Shown: positions 40,680-54,416, counted from the stretch's first letter. The stretch: 64,000 nt of DNA from Octopus bimaculoides (GCF_001194135.2 NC_068999.1:1469708-1533707), one strand, 5' to 3'. Program-made: numbers and translations. The notes: generated by a model from the sequence alone, not told the origin.

Positions 40680-40750
40680 TTAGTTTAATACTCGGGGAAA
40701 ATAAGAAAGTCTTTTACGTTTCGAGCCAACGCTCTTCAACAGAAAGGAAT
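40680..40750 (-). mobile_element. Penelope-like element terminus with minimal hammerhead-ribozyme-like motif
   Basis: Reverse complement of 40711-40746 is cttt-CTGTTGA-a-gagc(gttg)gctc-GAAA-c-GTA-aaag. Confidence 0.55.
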
Positions 40751-40817
40751 AAGAGGAAATGATAGAGAGAGAATGGAGGTCAACGGCGCAACATGGCGAT
40801 ATATATATACACTCAAA

Positions 40818-40964
40818 GGGTTTCGTTTAGTTTCCGTCTACCATATCCACTCACAAGAATCCGAAGCTATAGTAGAAGACACCCAATGTTCCACGCTGTG
40901 GGACTGAACCTGGAAGTGTGTGGTTGGGGCATAAACTTCTTACCACACACCCATGGATGTGCCT
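40818..40964 (-). mobile_element. SINE family B, near full length
   Basis: tttagtttccgtctaccatatccactcacaag...ctatagtagaagacac...cacgctgtgggactgaacc...tggttgggg...cttcttaccacaca is the reverse complement of family B. Confidence 0.85.
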
Positions 40965-41506
40965 ATATTTTTTCCATTTTTTTCACTAACGTATTACAAA
41001 CTTCAAAATCAACTTTAAATGAACACGTGAACGTTTGCAGAAAAAAATGCCATACACACCTTTAGAATTGCTACAATGAAATCCAGCTGAAATAGGAATT
41101 TTACAAAATAGCGTCTATGTTCTCTTGTAATTGGAAACCTCTACGAAATTAATATAGGTTTTATCTCGAATACTCACGTCTCTTCATCACTGCAGACTCT
41201 TGTATGGAACAACAAAGTGTTGCTTAACAATTGAAATACAAAATGAGAATAGGTAAAGAGATTTTCAGGATAAATCATTATGGCTTTAGATACGCCATTG
41301 TTTATTAATGTAAAACTGGTAAATAAATCGAATGATGATGCAATATATACATTTGTGTGTGTGAGCGCGTGTCTCTGTGTGTGTGTCGATGTGTGTACGC
41401 ATGTGTATATGTGTTTCTTCTTCTAGAGATTTCACCTCTTACAGAATTGCAATAGATTTTACGCGACGTTTATTCTAGAGAAGCAGTTAAGCAGATTATG
41501 TATGTC

Positions 41507-41555
<49 letters not shown>

Positions 41556-42334
41556 TGTGTGTGTGTGTATGTGTGTGTGTGTGTGTGTGTGCGTGCGTGC
41601 GTGCGTGTGCGTTCCTTATTTAGCTACTGGTCTCCTAGCAACAATTTTCCTCGTCAGAAATTTCATTCAGAGTAATCAGATACCAGTAATATACTACGTT
41701 CATCACATGAGTCCTGCTACTCTCAATGCTAACTGTAAACTGATAGATTGTGGCAAAATAGCAGTACACACTCATACACACACACACACATACACTTGAA
41801 GAAATGCATGCATAAATATAAACAAGCACGCACACACACATATGTATTAATATCTGTGGCCGTGTGTACATAGATGCATGTGTGTGCGTGCGTGTGTGTA
41901 TGTGTGTGTGTACGGGTGTGTGTGTGGAAATGATATCTCAATACATACAACCTAAACCGCAAAAATCGATCACGTAGCAACACCATAAGCGAATCGATCA
42001 TGAAATCACTATACAGCAATAACAACCACAGCAACACAAGTCTCGTGAATTCCCATGTGCAATATCATTGTCAAAGCATTGTCTCGGATAATTTGTTATC
42101 AGGATATACTCAAACCACAGCTGCACTTCAGTTGACGAACAATAGCAATCGCTGCATGGCGATTCTCTTCGACAGGAAATGCATAATGACGCCATCTTTT
42201 GTCAAATGCATGGCGTAGTTTTACGGCATGATACAACACGTTGTTCAATAATAGAAGCAATGGTGATGCTGATGCTGCTGACGTTGCCTGTTAGGATAAT
42301 GGATGCATGATGGATGCATGATGGCATCTTTTAA

Positions 42335-42635
42335 CTATTTCATCTCATTGGACTACGACCATGCTGAGACACGGTCTTGAAGAATTAAAATCTAGCGAGA
42401 CAAATCTGAGTTGACAAAATTTCCACATTGTTCTGTTGCAATGACAACGTTTCCGTGATTAAGAATTTTGGTTTCTAATCCCATCATTAGCAGGTTCAAT
42501 ACTAGAGTGCAGATAAAAAGAGAGACGGAGAGAGATGGGGTGAGTGTGGTAAACAGACAGACAAAGGCCTAAAGCCCTGCAAGCTGGTGCTCCAGCGGGG
42601 CTGCAGATCAATGATTGTAACAATTAAACGATAAT
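42335..42635. mobile_element. Two short family C fragments in opposite orientation (about 42335-42390 +; about 42575-42635 -)
   Basis: cattggactacgaccatgctgagacacggtcttgaag, and ggtgctccagcggggctgcagatcaatgattgtaac. Confidence 0.45.
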
Positions 42636-43377
42636 GAAGGAAATTAATAAGACTCTTGTGAAGTAATCCCTTCCATATAGACGGGTAATCACTGCGATAT
42701 AGATTTGCGTATTACAAAACACACTTCCGCTTCTAAAAGACCTACGAGAGATCAATAGAATGTATTGCATCCTTAACGGATATCTATTAAACATTCACCT
42801 ATTTCACAATATCCTATTACATATCGTCATTATCTATTTTACTGGATTAATGTCTACATGTTGTTATTATCGGTGGTGTTGTTGTAGCAATTGTTCGTGT
42901 CATATGGCTCTCCAATCATAATATATTAATAATATGTTAAACTCACTATTTGTTCTACTGTGCTGCAACTGTCGCAAGGACGGCTCTCCCTTGAAGGGCT
43001 GCATGAGATAACATTAACGTGTGTCGCATCTTAATTCCTAATGTGGTAGTATATAATCGAGAGGGACTTGTATGACATTATTCATAGGCAAATGGTGTGG
43101 GTTCAATTACACTTAATGCTTCATATATATATATAAATATATATATATATAATTATTATTCAACACTTAGTAGTTTCAGGAGAATTTCGGCTGCAACACC
43201 TGCTACACCTCCCTGTTGCTGGAATGTGTGTTCTTTTCTGCTGTAGGCGGTGGGGTGCAGACGCTTTCCGGTAGAATATTGCATCAGTTCCTTTCTTTTA
43301 TGGAATGTGGTGCAGCTTTTGTAGTATTAGTGTTTGTATTGTGTGTTTTGGACAATATTTTGGATTATTATTATTAT

Positions 43378-43985
43378 GTGATGAAAACTCACAGCTTATT
43401 TTGCTGTGTATGATGGAAAGTGTCAGCTGTCCACAGCCGGCAAACTGTGGTGAAACATGTTTACTGATCATGCTTCAAGAACCAGGCGAAGATTTGTTGG
43501 AGTTCCAAGCAACGCTGATTTTTGTAGATGTTTCACCTTCACACTTGTACCAATCTTTTTCAGCCATGTTGGTAGTTAAGTGCTGATACTTCCAAGTGCA
43601 CCAATTACTATTCATATCACGTCTACGCACCTCATTGACTACAACCTTCGTGTTTCCCACTTCAAATCGTCATAGTTGTTTATTTTTTTCTTCTTCTCTT
43701 ACATTGATCTTGTTCTGACCGGAGCATGCTATGTCGATTATCATACATATCCTTTCATTTTTAGTCACCACAACAATGTCCGGTTTCCGATGTCTGGTCA
43801 GGGGATCGCACTGGATCATTGCATCCCACAGGATTTTACAGTTCTCATTTTCGGTGACTCCTTCTGGAGTTTTCTCATAGAACGTCTTTAGGCTGTGATT
43901 TCCACATAGCTCCCCATGAATCATTCTTGTCACATTATCATGGCGTCTATTGGATCATTCTTGCCATATTGTCATGGCATCTTTT
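43378..43985 (-). mobile_element. R4/Dong-like LINE, 5'-truncated, with 3' UTR and (TAA)n tail
   Basis: Minus strand reads RHDNVTRMIHGELC...ENENCKILWDAMIQCD..TRHRKPDIVVV..NERICMIIDIAC, then after a frameshift NYDDLKWETRRL*...VI*IVIGALGSIS...LQKSALLGT..LRLVLEA* (stop at 43468-43470). A roughly 90-nt UTR ends in ataataataataat. Confidence 0.9.
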
Positions 43986-44013
43986 GTGACGCCATTCTCA
44001 TGGCGTCACAAAA

Positions 44014-44014
<1 letters not shown>

Positions 44015-44077
<63 letters not shown>

Positions 44078-44268
44078 CATTATTATTATTATTATTATTT
44101 TATTATTATTATTGTTATATTTTACTTCTCAAAACTCACAATCTTACTTGCTCTACTTAATTCCGTGAGAGTGGACAGCATACTGTTGTGAAACGTCCCA
44201 TTAGATCTCTTGCCACAAATTAAAAGATTTGATACTTAAGCGTTAAGTATCGTGGAATAATTTTGTTG

Positions 44269-44345
<77 letters not shown>
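44015..44345. repeat. Two (TTA)n arrays (about 44015-44110 and 44273-44345)
   Basis: Directly visible. Confidence 0.9.
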
Positions 44346-44734
44346 GTGTAGCTGCAAACTGAAGATATTCATGCAGTCTACATCTATAAACACATCACTG
44401 CATTTAATTTATACAGAATTAACACAAATTCGGTTGATTATCTGATATACGCACGCATGATTCACATAAATTCAATAGTTATGCTTTTGTATTTATAGAA
44501 ACATATTGGTGATTGTGAGATCTGCACTGGTGACATTCAAATGCTCAGAGACAGCCACCATGTAATTGTAATTTCAAGGACGGAAGACGCAACAAGAAAT
44601 CGAAGAAGTACATGAAATTTATATTCATTATACTTATGCTGTTTATATAACACAATCTAACGAGAAACGTTATAATGGACAACGAATTTAATATCCAGAA
44701 ATTACAAATCGGGGTACAAAAGATCTTTATAATA

Positions 44735-44770
<36 letters not shown>

Positions 44771-44899
44771 GTATATACTTAGAGAGAAAAAACTGAGAAT
44801 TAGATACACGTAAATGTATTAAATGTATATATATGTGTGTGTGTACATGTGGATGTGTGTGTGTGCATGTGGATGTGTGTGTGTACATATATAAATATA

Positions 44900-44949
<50 letters not shown>

Positions 44950-46075
44950 CACCTACATATATAAGTCTATATGTACATACATGCACATATAATATGCATG
45001 TATATATATATGTATGAATATATTTATATATGTACACACACACATACACATGCACACACAATCCGACGTTGAGGAAGTAATTATGCAGTGAAATAATAAC
45101 AAGTGTGTATAAACATTTGAATAAAAGAGAAACATCATGTGTGTGCGTGTGTGGTGCGCGTGTGTGTTTGTGTCTGTGTGCATTTGTGTGTACGTCTGTA
45201 TGTGTTTATGTGAGTGTGTGAATGTATCGGTGTGCCTCTGTGTATATATGTGCATCTATATGGGATTTACTGCGTTTATATTACAAAAATTGACGTTGGT
45301 AGTCACATTAACAATATGTAACAGAAGCAATTGTAACATGAATAACAAACAATAATCCTGTATAATCGATATATTATATCAATGACACTTACAGTAATGG
45401 TTGCCAGAGTATATGTGCCTGCGGGCGCGCGTGTATGTGTGTGTATGTGAGAGAGATAGAGAGAGAGTCGACGGAGTCTGGGCTCCGTGTGAAAGTAGTG
45501 TGACGTAATGCATTAGAATTCTAGAAGCCAAGGAAGACGCTAGACAAAAATGAGAGAGAAGAAACTAGATATTCGCCAACAACAATAAGTCGTAAAACAG
45601 AGAGAGATACAAAAGCGATGGAATCGTTACGGGCAACAAAGACACCGGCAAGGACAGCTATAAAACCGAAGACAAAGAAATAGCGAATCCGAAAGAAGAA
45701 AATACTTAATGTGTTGCCCAGCCAGGCAGAAGAAAATCATGATTGGAAATTGTATAATAAAACTACAACAACAGTAACATCAATAATGGCAGGCAACTGC
45801 TTGAAGTAACAAAAACAACAGCAACAGCAATGGAAACAAGCAAAGGCTTGAACAAGATAGAGAAAAGATTTTTAAAAAACACAGAAAATACAATAACATC
45901 CAGAAATGTAAGCAACAGCGTTAACACGAACAAGAACATGAAGAACAGGAACGATAGTAATAAGAGTGTGAGAAAGGGCAAAACCTAATAAGTGAATTAG
46001 AAAGAAACCCGAGTGGGGAGAAGGGTTAGGGGAAAAAATTGGATAAATGAAATAAAAAAAAACGATAACAACAAA

Positions 46076-46076
46076 C

Positions 46077-46150
<74 letters not shown>
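46076..46150. repeat. (AAT)n microsatellite
   Basis: Directly visible. Confidence 0.95.
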
Positions 46151-46154
<4 letters not shown>

Positions 46155-47516
46155 TTAACGAGGACGATGATGAAATCAAACAATGATGAATATAATATAA
46201 CAATGACAGTAAGAGGTATTGCTACAACGGCCAGAAGCAGTGGAGGAACAAAAGCATGAACTCTATGCGTTTCCCAAGAAAAGAGAAACAAAATAAATAA
46301 ATAAATAAATAAATAAATAGGAAATTATCCATCAACACAATTGCGAAGAATATAGAAAAGGAATCGAAATGGACATTGCTTCTTCTATTTGCAGAAGCAT
46401 AGTTCCAATCCCATTACAGATTCACCAAAAAATTGCAAGCATACAAACATAGCCAATATTAACCTTTATTTATTTTTGTTTGCAGTCTTGTTCTATCTTG
46501 ATTTGATTGTATGGTGCGTGTGTGCGTGTACGTATGCTTATGTTTTTGCTATGTGCGTATGTTTTTGTGTGTATTTGTGTGTACAAGGGGTGCGTGTGCT
46601 TATAGGAGACTGTGTGTGTGAGACTTGTGATTCTTTTCATGTGTGCGTATGTGTATGAGTTTATAGGGGAGTGTGTATGTATGTGTCTCTGAGTGAGCCT
46701 TGATATTTGAGTACGTGTATGTATGTCTAGTATGTGTGTGTGTTAGAGTATTTGTGCGTGTGCGTGCGTTTGTGTGTATAGACGGGTGATTATGCGTGTG
46801 ATGTGTGTGTTGTGGGATTACGTGTGCGCATATAAATGATGGTTTGTATGTGTGTGTGTGTGCGTGTGTGTATAAGAGTATTCTACAGGTGTGTATGTAT
46901 GAGCGTTTGTCTGTGAGTAAATATTTGTGTATTCCAGTGTGTATCTACATGTATGCATATGTACGTGTTTGAGTCTATATAGGTATGTGAGTATTTGTGT
47001 GATTGTGTGTATATGTGCATGTGTGTGCGCGTACGTATGTGTGCATGCATTCATGTGTTTCAATGGATGCACATGTATTACATGCGCACACACGTATGTC
47101 TGCATCTTACTCCTCATCTCATTCTACAATGGATGCTACAAACCTGAAGAGATATTCGCAATTACTTTAGGTTCCCCTAGAATTTTAAGTTCACTTCGAC
47201 GCGTTCCGTGTTTTCCAGTTTAATTTTTTCTTTTCAGCCATTTTTCCTTTTCCTTTTGTTTATCTATTTTATTTCTTTTGTCCGGCAATTCTGGATTGTT
47301 GTTCATCTTGGTGTTATTATTATTGCTGTTGCTGTTTTTGATGTTGTTCTTCTTCTTGTTATTCTTTTTCTTGTTTGTGTTGTTGCTGTTTTTCCTCACG
47401 TTTTTACATTCGACCATTTTATGATGAACTTGATTATAATTTATTAGAAACATTCAAGAGATATATGTAAGAGTGTATATATACAGAAAGACATAAATAT
47501 ATACATTTTTGTGCAC

Positions 47517-47519
<3 letters not shown>

Positions 47520-47600
<81 letters not shown>
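47520..47600. repeat. (TA)n microsatellite
   Basis: Directly visible. Confidence 0.95.
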
Positions 47601-47605
<5 letters not shown>

Positions 47606-49815
47606 CATATACATATGTGTGTATGTGTATGTATGTGTGTAGATATAAGCATGTATGTATATATGTGTATATATATATATATGTATATATATGTATATAA
47701 ATATATGTATATATTTGTATGTATTTTGAAATATAGCGAGAGACAGAGAGCCAGAGAAAGCGATGGATGTACATGTAACTACTACATATCCCTACCTATG
47801 CATATATCTGTATATCTGTATATACCTCCGTACACCTATCCCTCTATCTATTAATTATCTATATATCTATCTAACTATTCATCTACCAATCTGCATCTAT
47901 ATCTGTACATATTTATATATAAATATATGCATACGGATGTGTGTGTATGTATGTATCATCAGTTGAGAAACATAAGTGGATACTCGCGTACTGGAAATAT
48001 ACGTGGAGAAATATACGTGGATACAGCATGGTGGAAATTTCCCGAATTTTGGTAAAAGAAAATAGAGGAAGATCAGTTAATTATGATTTTATACAAAATA
48101 TTCCGCTTTTAGATTCATACACTTTTGGGAGCGACACTTCAGTTTTTCTAAACACTCTAAAAGAACTCAGAATATTCGTCTTCCAGCCACGCCTTATGCA
48201 GTACCCTTGAAGCCAGGATCTTTTAAGCAATTCCTCCTATGTATGTATGCATGCATGTATGTATGTATGTATATAATTGAAAAAACTTACGGAAACTATA
48301 TTCACAAATAGGGGAAAGGATTCATAATCAAATGCCTGCAAACCTGGAGAACAACATTGCGTAGAAACAATTGTAGTGATTCAAAATAAATGATGTCCAA
48401 CCGTCTTCCTTGTTGACTCCAAAGTTTTTCAGTGATCAATTCACACACGACAGAAGCCCAAACGCAAATCTGGAAGTACATATAATACTACTACTGAATA
48501 GCACATGGTAAACCTGAACGTTGACGAGATTTATATTGTGTTCTGCTACGTTCTTAACAGAATATGCCCCATAACTATATATATATAATAGACATACACA
48601 CACACAGACTCACATTATATGTATCTATGATATCTGCAGTGTTATCATGATGAGAATTACACTTATAGTGAATAAATAAGTAACGGATATATTTGGTAAA
48701 TTGATTCGCAAGGTTTTATTTATTTTTTCCTTCTTTCGAATGTACGAATGATGTTATATAATTTTATTACGATATGTCTATATTGAGATGGAAAAATAAT
48801 AAGAGTTTTTGGTCGGCAAAAGATAAGATACACTAAAAACTGAAGCCTGTATGTGTTAAGGTAAATACACGTCGTGATAGGTTGTTATACCTAGAAAGAA
48901 GAAAAGTGGAAAAAATAACGATCCTAGTTTATGATNNNNNNNNNNTTTTGTCATAATTTTTTTCTTTCAGTTTTTTTTTTTTGTTTTTATCGTTCCAAGC
49001 ATCATGCTATATTCACGCTTCCAGTAATTATTCAAATTTATTTTTGTCGATTCAGTGTATCATGATATATTTCACAAGTTATATATATATATATATGCAT
49101 ATTTATAGAAATATATATATATATGTATGTATGTATGTATGTATGAATATGCATATCTATCTATCTATATGCATATATAAACATATATATATNNNNNNNN
49201 NNNNNNNNNNNNNNNNNNNNNNNNNNNNNNNNNNNNNNNNNNNNNNNNNNNNNNNNNNNNNNNNNNNNNNNNNNNNNNNNNNNNNNNNNNNNNNNNNNNN
49301 NNNNNNNNNNNNNNNNNNNNNNNNNNNNNNNNNNNNNNNNNNNNNNNNNNNNNNNNNNNNNNNNNNNNNNNNNNNNNNNNNNNNNNNNNNNNNNNNNNNN
49401 NNNNNNNNNNNNNNNNNNNNNNNNNNNNNNNNNNNNNNNNNNNNNNNNNNNNNNNNNNNNNNNNNNNNNNNNNNNNNNNNNNNNNNNNNNNNNNNNNNNN
49501 NNNNNNNNNNNNNNNNNNNNNNNNNNNNNNNNNNNNNNNNNNNNNNNNNNNNNNNNNNNNNNNNNNNNNNNNNNNNNNNNNNNNNNNNNNNNNNNNNNNN
49601 NNNNNNNNNNNNNNNNNNNNNNNNNNNNNNNNNNNNNNNNNNNNNNNNNNNNNNNNNNNNNNNNNNNNNNNNNNNNNNNNNNNNNNNNNNNNNNNNNNNN
49701 NNNNNNNNNNNNNNNNNNNNNNNNNNNNNNNNNNNNNNNNNNNNNNNNNNNNNNNNNNNNNNNNNNNNNNNNNNNNNNNNNNNNNNNNNNNNNNNNNNNN
49801 NNNNNNNNNNNNNNN

Positions 49816-49872
<57 letters not shown>

Positions 49873-50068
49873 ATGTGTATTGTCACAGTTGTCTGTAAAA
49901 CTTGAGGAGGCATGTGATATTAAATGCTTAAACTTCTATAATAAGGAATAATCTTCAGACGGTGACAATGCCTCCGTTCCGAAACAGAATCGAAGTACAT
50001 GTGTATGTATGCATACTGGTTATTAGCGTAATAATATATATGTTTATATACAATTATATACACCAACA

Positions 50069-50305
50069 GGGGTGACGGCTGGCAGAAACGTTAGCACGCC
50101 GGGCGAAATGCTTAGCAGCATTTCGTCTGTCTTTTCGTTCTGAGTTCAAATTCCGCCGAGGTCGACTTTGCCTTTCATCCTTTCGGGGTCGATAAATTAA
50201 GTACCAGTTACGCACTGGGGTCGATGTAATCGACTTAATCCCTTTGTCTGTCCTTGTTTGTCCCCTCTATGTTTAGCCCCTTGTGGGCAATAAAGAAATA
50301 AGAAG
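50069..50305 (+). mobile_element. SINE family A, full-length and least-diverged copy
   Basis: tggcagaaacgttagc (A-box-like)...gagttcaaattcc (B-box)...gtcgataaattaagtaccagttacgcactggggtcgatgtaatcgac...ccccttgtgggcaataaagaaataagaa. Confidence 0.95.
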
Positions 50306-50368
50306 TTTGCTCCCCAACTACATGGTTCCGCGTTCAGTGCCACCGCGTGGCACCATGAGCAAGTGTCA
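50302..50368 (+). mobile_element. SINE family B fragment abutting the family A tail
   Basis: gaagtttgctccccaactacatggttccgcgttcagtgccaccgcgtggcaccatgagcaagtgtc. Confidence 0.8.
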
Positions 50369-51829
50369 CTTTAACATTGTAAAAACAATTTTTGATATAC
50401 AATAATAAAAAACTTGAAAACCAGACCCTGTTGTAACTTTATCAACTGATATATATGGTGGTGCGATGTGTGTACGCATATTTATATATCTGTATTATAT
50501 AAATCTATTTGAAATATAGATGTGTTTCTACGGAAATTCATAGAAACGTAAATATTATTGAGAGAACTCATTCTTTAATTTCTAAATAAAGCATCATTTA
50601 TCATGGCCATGTCATCCACTCACTCACAAACACAATGGAGTTAAATGCATTAAGGTTGTTTAAGAATAAACCCGTTAATACTTTGGTACTGCGATGATCC
50701 TAAGTTTCGATGAACGTAACTTCTGATGTCCTTCAGGTTTATTAAGTGTGAATGACGTGATTATAAAGGAGATCTGACATTTCGTAATCCTATTTTTGTC
50801 AGAGAGAAAAAATATATTGCGGCCGTTCATGTGTGTTTTAGGATATTTATGTGAATTTGATCTTCATGGTTTGCTGTATTTTCAATAGTATCCTCAATTT
50901 TTTTTTGTTTGTCGTTTTAGCCTTTTCAGGGCGGGTAGGGTTGATCATCTATACTTATGTTGATCAACTTTGCATTTGATTTCCATCAAAAGGGCGTCGG
51001 TAGCTGTCAGCAATGGTTAGAAATTCTTGCGACTCATTTTGAGTGTTTTGTTTTATCTAATACCCTAAAATTCTAGCAGATTATTGATACCTAAGGATGT
51101 GGAACGGTAATTATATAGATTGACTCAATCTTGTTGATCACATTAAGCATAGCGCGCTCTATTCTTCAAAACCTCTCACTGAATTACTTTCTGATAATCG
51201 ATTTCACTCTGCAGATCTTCTGCATAGTAATTCTTTCACTTCAGATACTTACTATCAAAATTCAGTTACAGGTTTTTGCATTTCTTGGGGCAATTTTAAT
51301 GCATTCTTTTAAACATTCTTGAAAAGGTAAACAGCAGAGACCGAGAATAGCAGGACTGGTTTGTGCTTGTAACATCATTCCGAAAATTCCAGCAAAGGTT
51401 TCTTTGCCATAAAACATGCGAAAGTCTGTTAGTAGAAAGAATCTGCTGATGTCTATATGGTTTTCCATACGTTGAAAGTATGTAGACGAACCGTCAGGCT
51501 TTTTTAACCATTCAGCAACGTAGGAATGCATCTAAATTTCGGAACTATACAATCTTCAAATTTATCGTTTGGTACTAGCAGAATCAATAGAAGGCAATTG
51601 AACGCAATGCCTTTGGGTATTTCTTCTATCTCATTGAGTTCTGAGTTTAGTTCTTTCTTTCACCAGCTTTGCATTTCCTCACTTCTGGTCCAATAAAATT
51701 CAGCAGCAATCAATTACTGATATCGAATAACCTATATCCCTCAAATTTGCTGATCTTGTACATAAATCAGAAACCATTATGTGATATGGATGTGGGGTGA
51801 AAATCGTAGAAAATCGGAAAAAAAACTTC

Positions 51830-51992
51830 ACAGCATTTGCTCCGGTCTTTTACGTCCAGAGGTCATATCTCGCTGAGGTCAACTTTGTCTTTCATTCACT
51901 TAGGTCGATAAAATAAGTACCAGCGAAATACTGGATTTAACAGCATTGACCAATCACTATCCAGTGGAGGTAATGGCATTGTGCCTAAATTA
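51830..51992 (+). mobile_element. SINE family A (degenerate)
   Basis: tctcgctgaggtcaactttgtctttcatt...ggtcgataaaataagtaccag...ggcattgtgcctaaattagaaacc. Confidence 0.8.
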
Positions 51993-52874
51993 GAAACCAG
52001 TATTCGTATATGGTAGCCGAACAGTTTCTCTAGGAAAAGTAACATGCGTTTATATATCACCACAACATATATTTTATCGCTTACTTCAATGATTCCCGAA
52101 GCTGCTTTATGTTCGAACATATTATCAGATCAATAGCATCAAATATAAGTTGCATTTGCACTCTGGAACCGCTGTTAGTACACTTGCGAATATTTCTTCG
52201 GAAATAGAATAAAACCTAGCAGAATCAGAATTATGGTTCAAACGGGTACATCGAGAATATACGTATTTTTCATATTCCAATGTTTTCGCTTTGCAGTAGC
52301 ATTCCTACAGTTACAGCAGTTTCGTCATCATCATCGTCGTTAAACCTCTTATTCTTATTTATAAAATTATAATAAAGGAAACAATGTTTTTTATAATTAT
52401 TACTATATTTATATTGTTGTTATTATTGTTATTGGTCAAATCAATATCTTCTGGTATACAAATGAATATAAAGAATGATTTCGAATGAGCGAATGATAAA
52501 TGTGAATAAATGAGAAAAGAGAGAGAGAGAGTGAGTGAGTGAGGGGAGGGAGAGAGAGAAACAGCATGAGGCTAATGTTTTGTATATTATCGACAATATT
52601 GCTAGATAAATAATCCAATATGCGTGTATAAAATATTCAGTGAGCCGAAACCATTTAATTCGGAAATAAAAATAAAAAATGGAAAGAAAAATCATTCAAA
52701 ACTAAAACAAAATATATATTTTAAAAAAAACAAGAAATTAAATTAAAATATTCCCCAAGCAAATACAATCTGAATTTGAATCAATAAGCATAACAAGAGA
52801 AAAAACATCAACATCAGTAACAACAACAACAACGACGACAACAACAGCAGTAATAATGATCAACAGCAACAATA

Positions 52875-52905
<31 letters not shown>

Positions 52906-53435
52906 TAACAACAACAATAATAATAATAGTAAATATAATAATAATGATGATGATGATAATAATGACAACAATTGGAAACAAGAACAATAACAATATTAAA
53001 ATCAATAACTAAACATAATAACAATAACAATAATAATAATGATGATGATTATAATTTTTAATATTGTTATTATTATTGTTGTTGTTGTNNNNNNNNNNNN
53101 NNNNNNNNNNNNNNNNNNNNNNNNNNNNNNNNNNNNNNNNNNNNNNNNNNNNNNNNNNNNNNNNNNNNNNNNNNNNNNNNNNNNNNNNNNNNNNNNNNNN
53201 NNNNNNNNNNNNNNNNNNNNNNNNNNNNNNNNNNNNNNNNNNNNNNNNNNNNNNNNNNNNNNNNNNNNNNNNNNNNNNNNNNNNNNNNNNNNNNNNNNNN
53301 NNNNNNNNNNNNNNNNNNNNNNNNNNNNNNNNNNNNNNNNNNNNNNNNNNNNNNNNNNNNNNNNNNNNNNNNNNNNNNNNNNNNNNNNNNNNNNNNNNNN
53401 NNNNNNNNNNNNNNNNNNNNNNNNNNNNNNNNNNN

Positions 53436-53633
53436 ATAATAATAATAATAATGATAATAATAATAATGATAATAATAATGATAATAATAATAATAATAAT
53501 AATAATGATAATAATAATAATGATAATAATAATAATCATAATAATAATGATAATAATAATAATAATGATAATAATAATAATGATAATAATAATAATGATA
53601 ATAACAATAATAATAATAATAATAATAATAATG

Positions 53634-53700
<67 letters not shown>

Positions 53701-53725
53701 TGATAATGATAATAATAATAATAAT
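53436..53725. repeat. Long (AAT)n/(GAT) microsatellite adjoining a gap
   Basis: Directly visible. Confidence 0.95.
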
Positions 53726-54054
53726 TGACGAAATGAAAAGTATTTCCGTTAAATGAAAACAAAGAAATTAAATTGTTTTTTTCACAAATTTTTAAATAAA
53801 TTTTAATGGTTTATTTTTTTTTCTTCTGTTTCTTAATCGTTGAAGTTATTGTTTTTACAGATGTTTTTCTATTTTGCTTTTTTTTTTACTACTTTTTTTG
53901 TTTTTTGGTTAAAATGTTATATTTTTGAATAAGTCTTGTTTGTTATTTTCATTTATTTTTTCATGCATTTATTGCTTAAGTTTTTGATTTTATTCTGGTT
54001 TTGAAATTCCGTGAGTGATAACTGTGTGTAGGCTTGAGTGTGTGTGTGTGTGTG

Positions 54055-54114
<60 letters not shown>

Positions 54115-54416
54115 TAATTGTGTAGATATGCAGGTAGTTGCATGTGTGTGTGTGTGTCTCAGGGATGTATACGGCGGCATTTGGATACGTGTGCGCATGC
54201 TATTGAAAAAGAAATATTATACTAAACGCATAACAAGAAAATCAGAAAGTTAAGCCAAGCAAAGATAATGTACATTTATATACAGATGGAAACACGTGCG
54301 TGAGCGTGCATACCTATGTAAGTATATCAGGTGTGTGTATGTATGTGTGTGTGTGTGTGTGTGTGCATATATTATACACGCAAACACACATGATCACACA
54401 CATACAAATATATCTA

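Noticed and set aside
51262-51531. 89-aa minus-strand ORF (MHSYVAEWLKKPDG...)
   Set aside because: No recognisable homology or strong donor; the length is attainable by chance in 64 kb.
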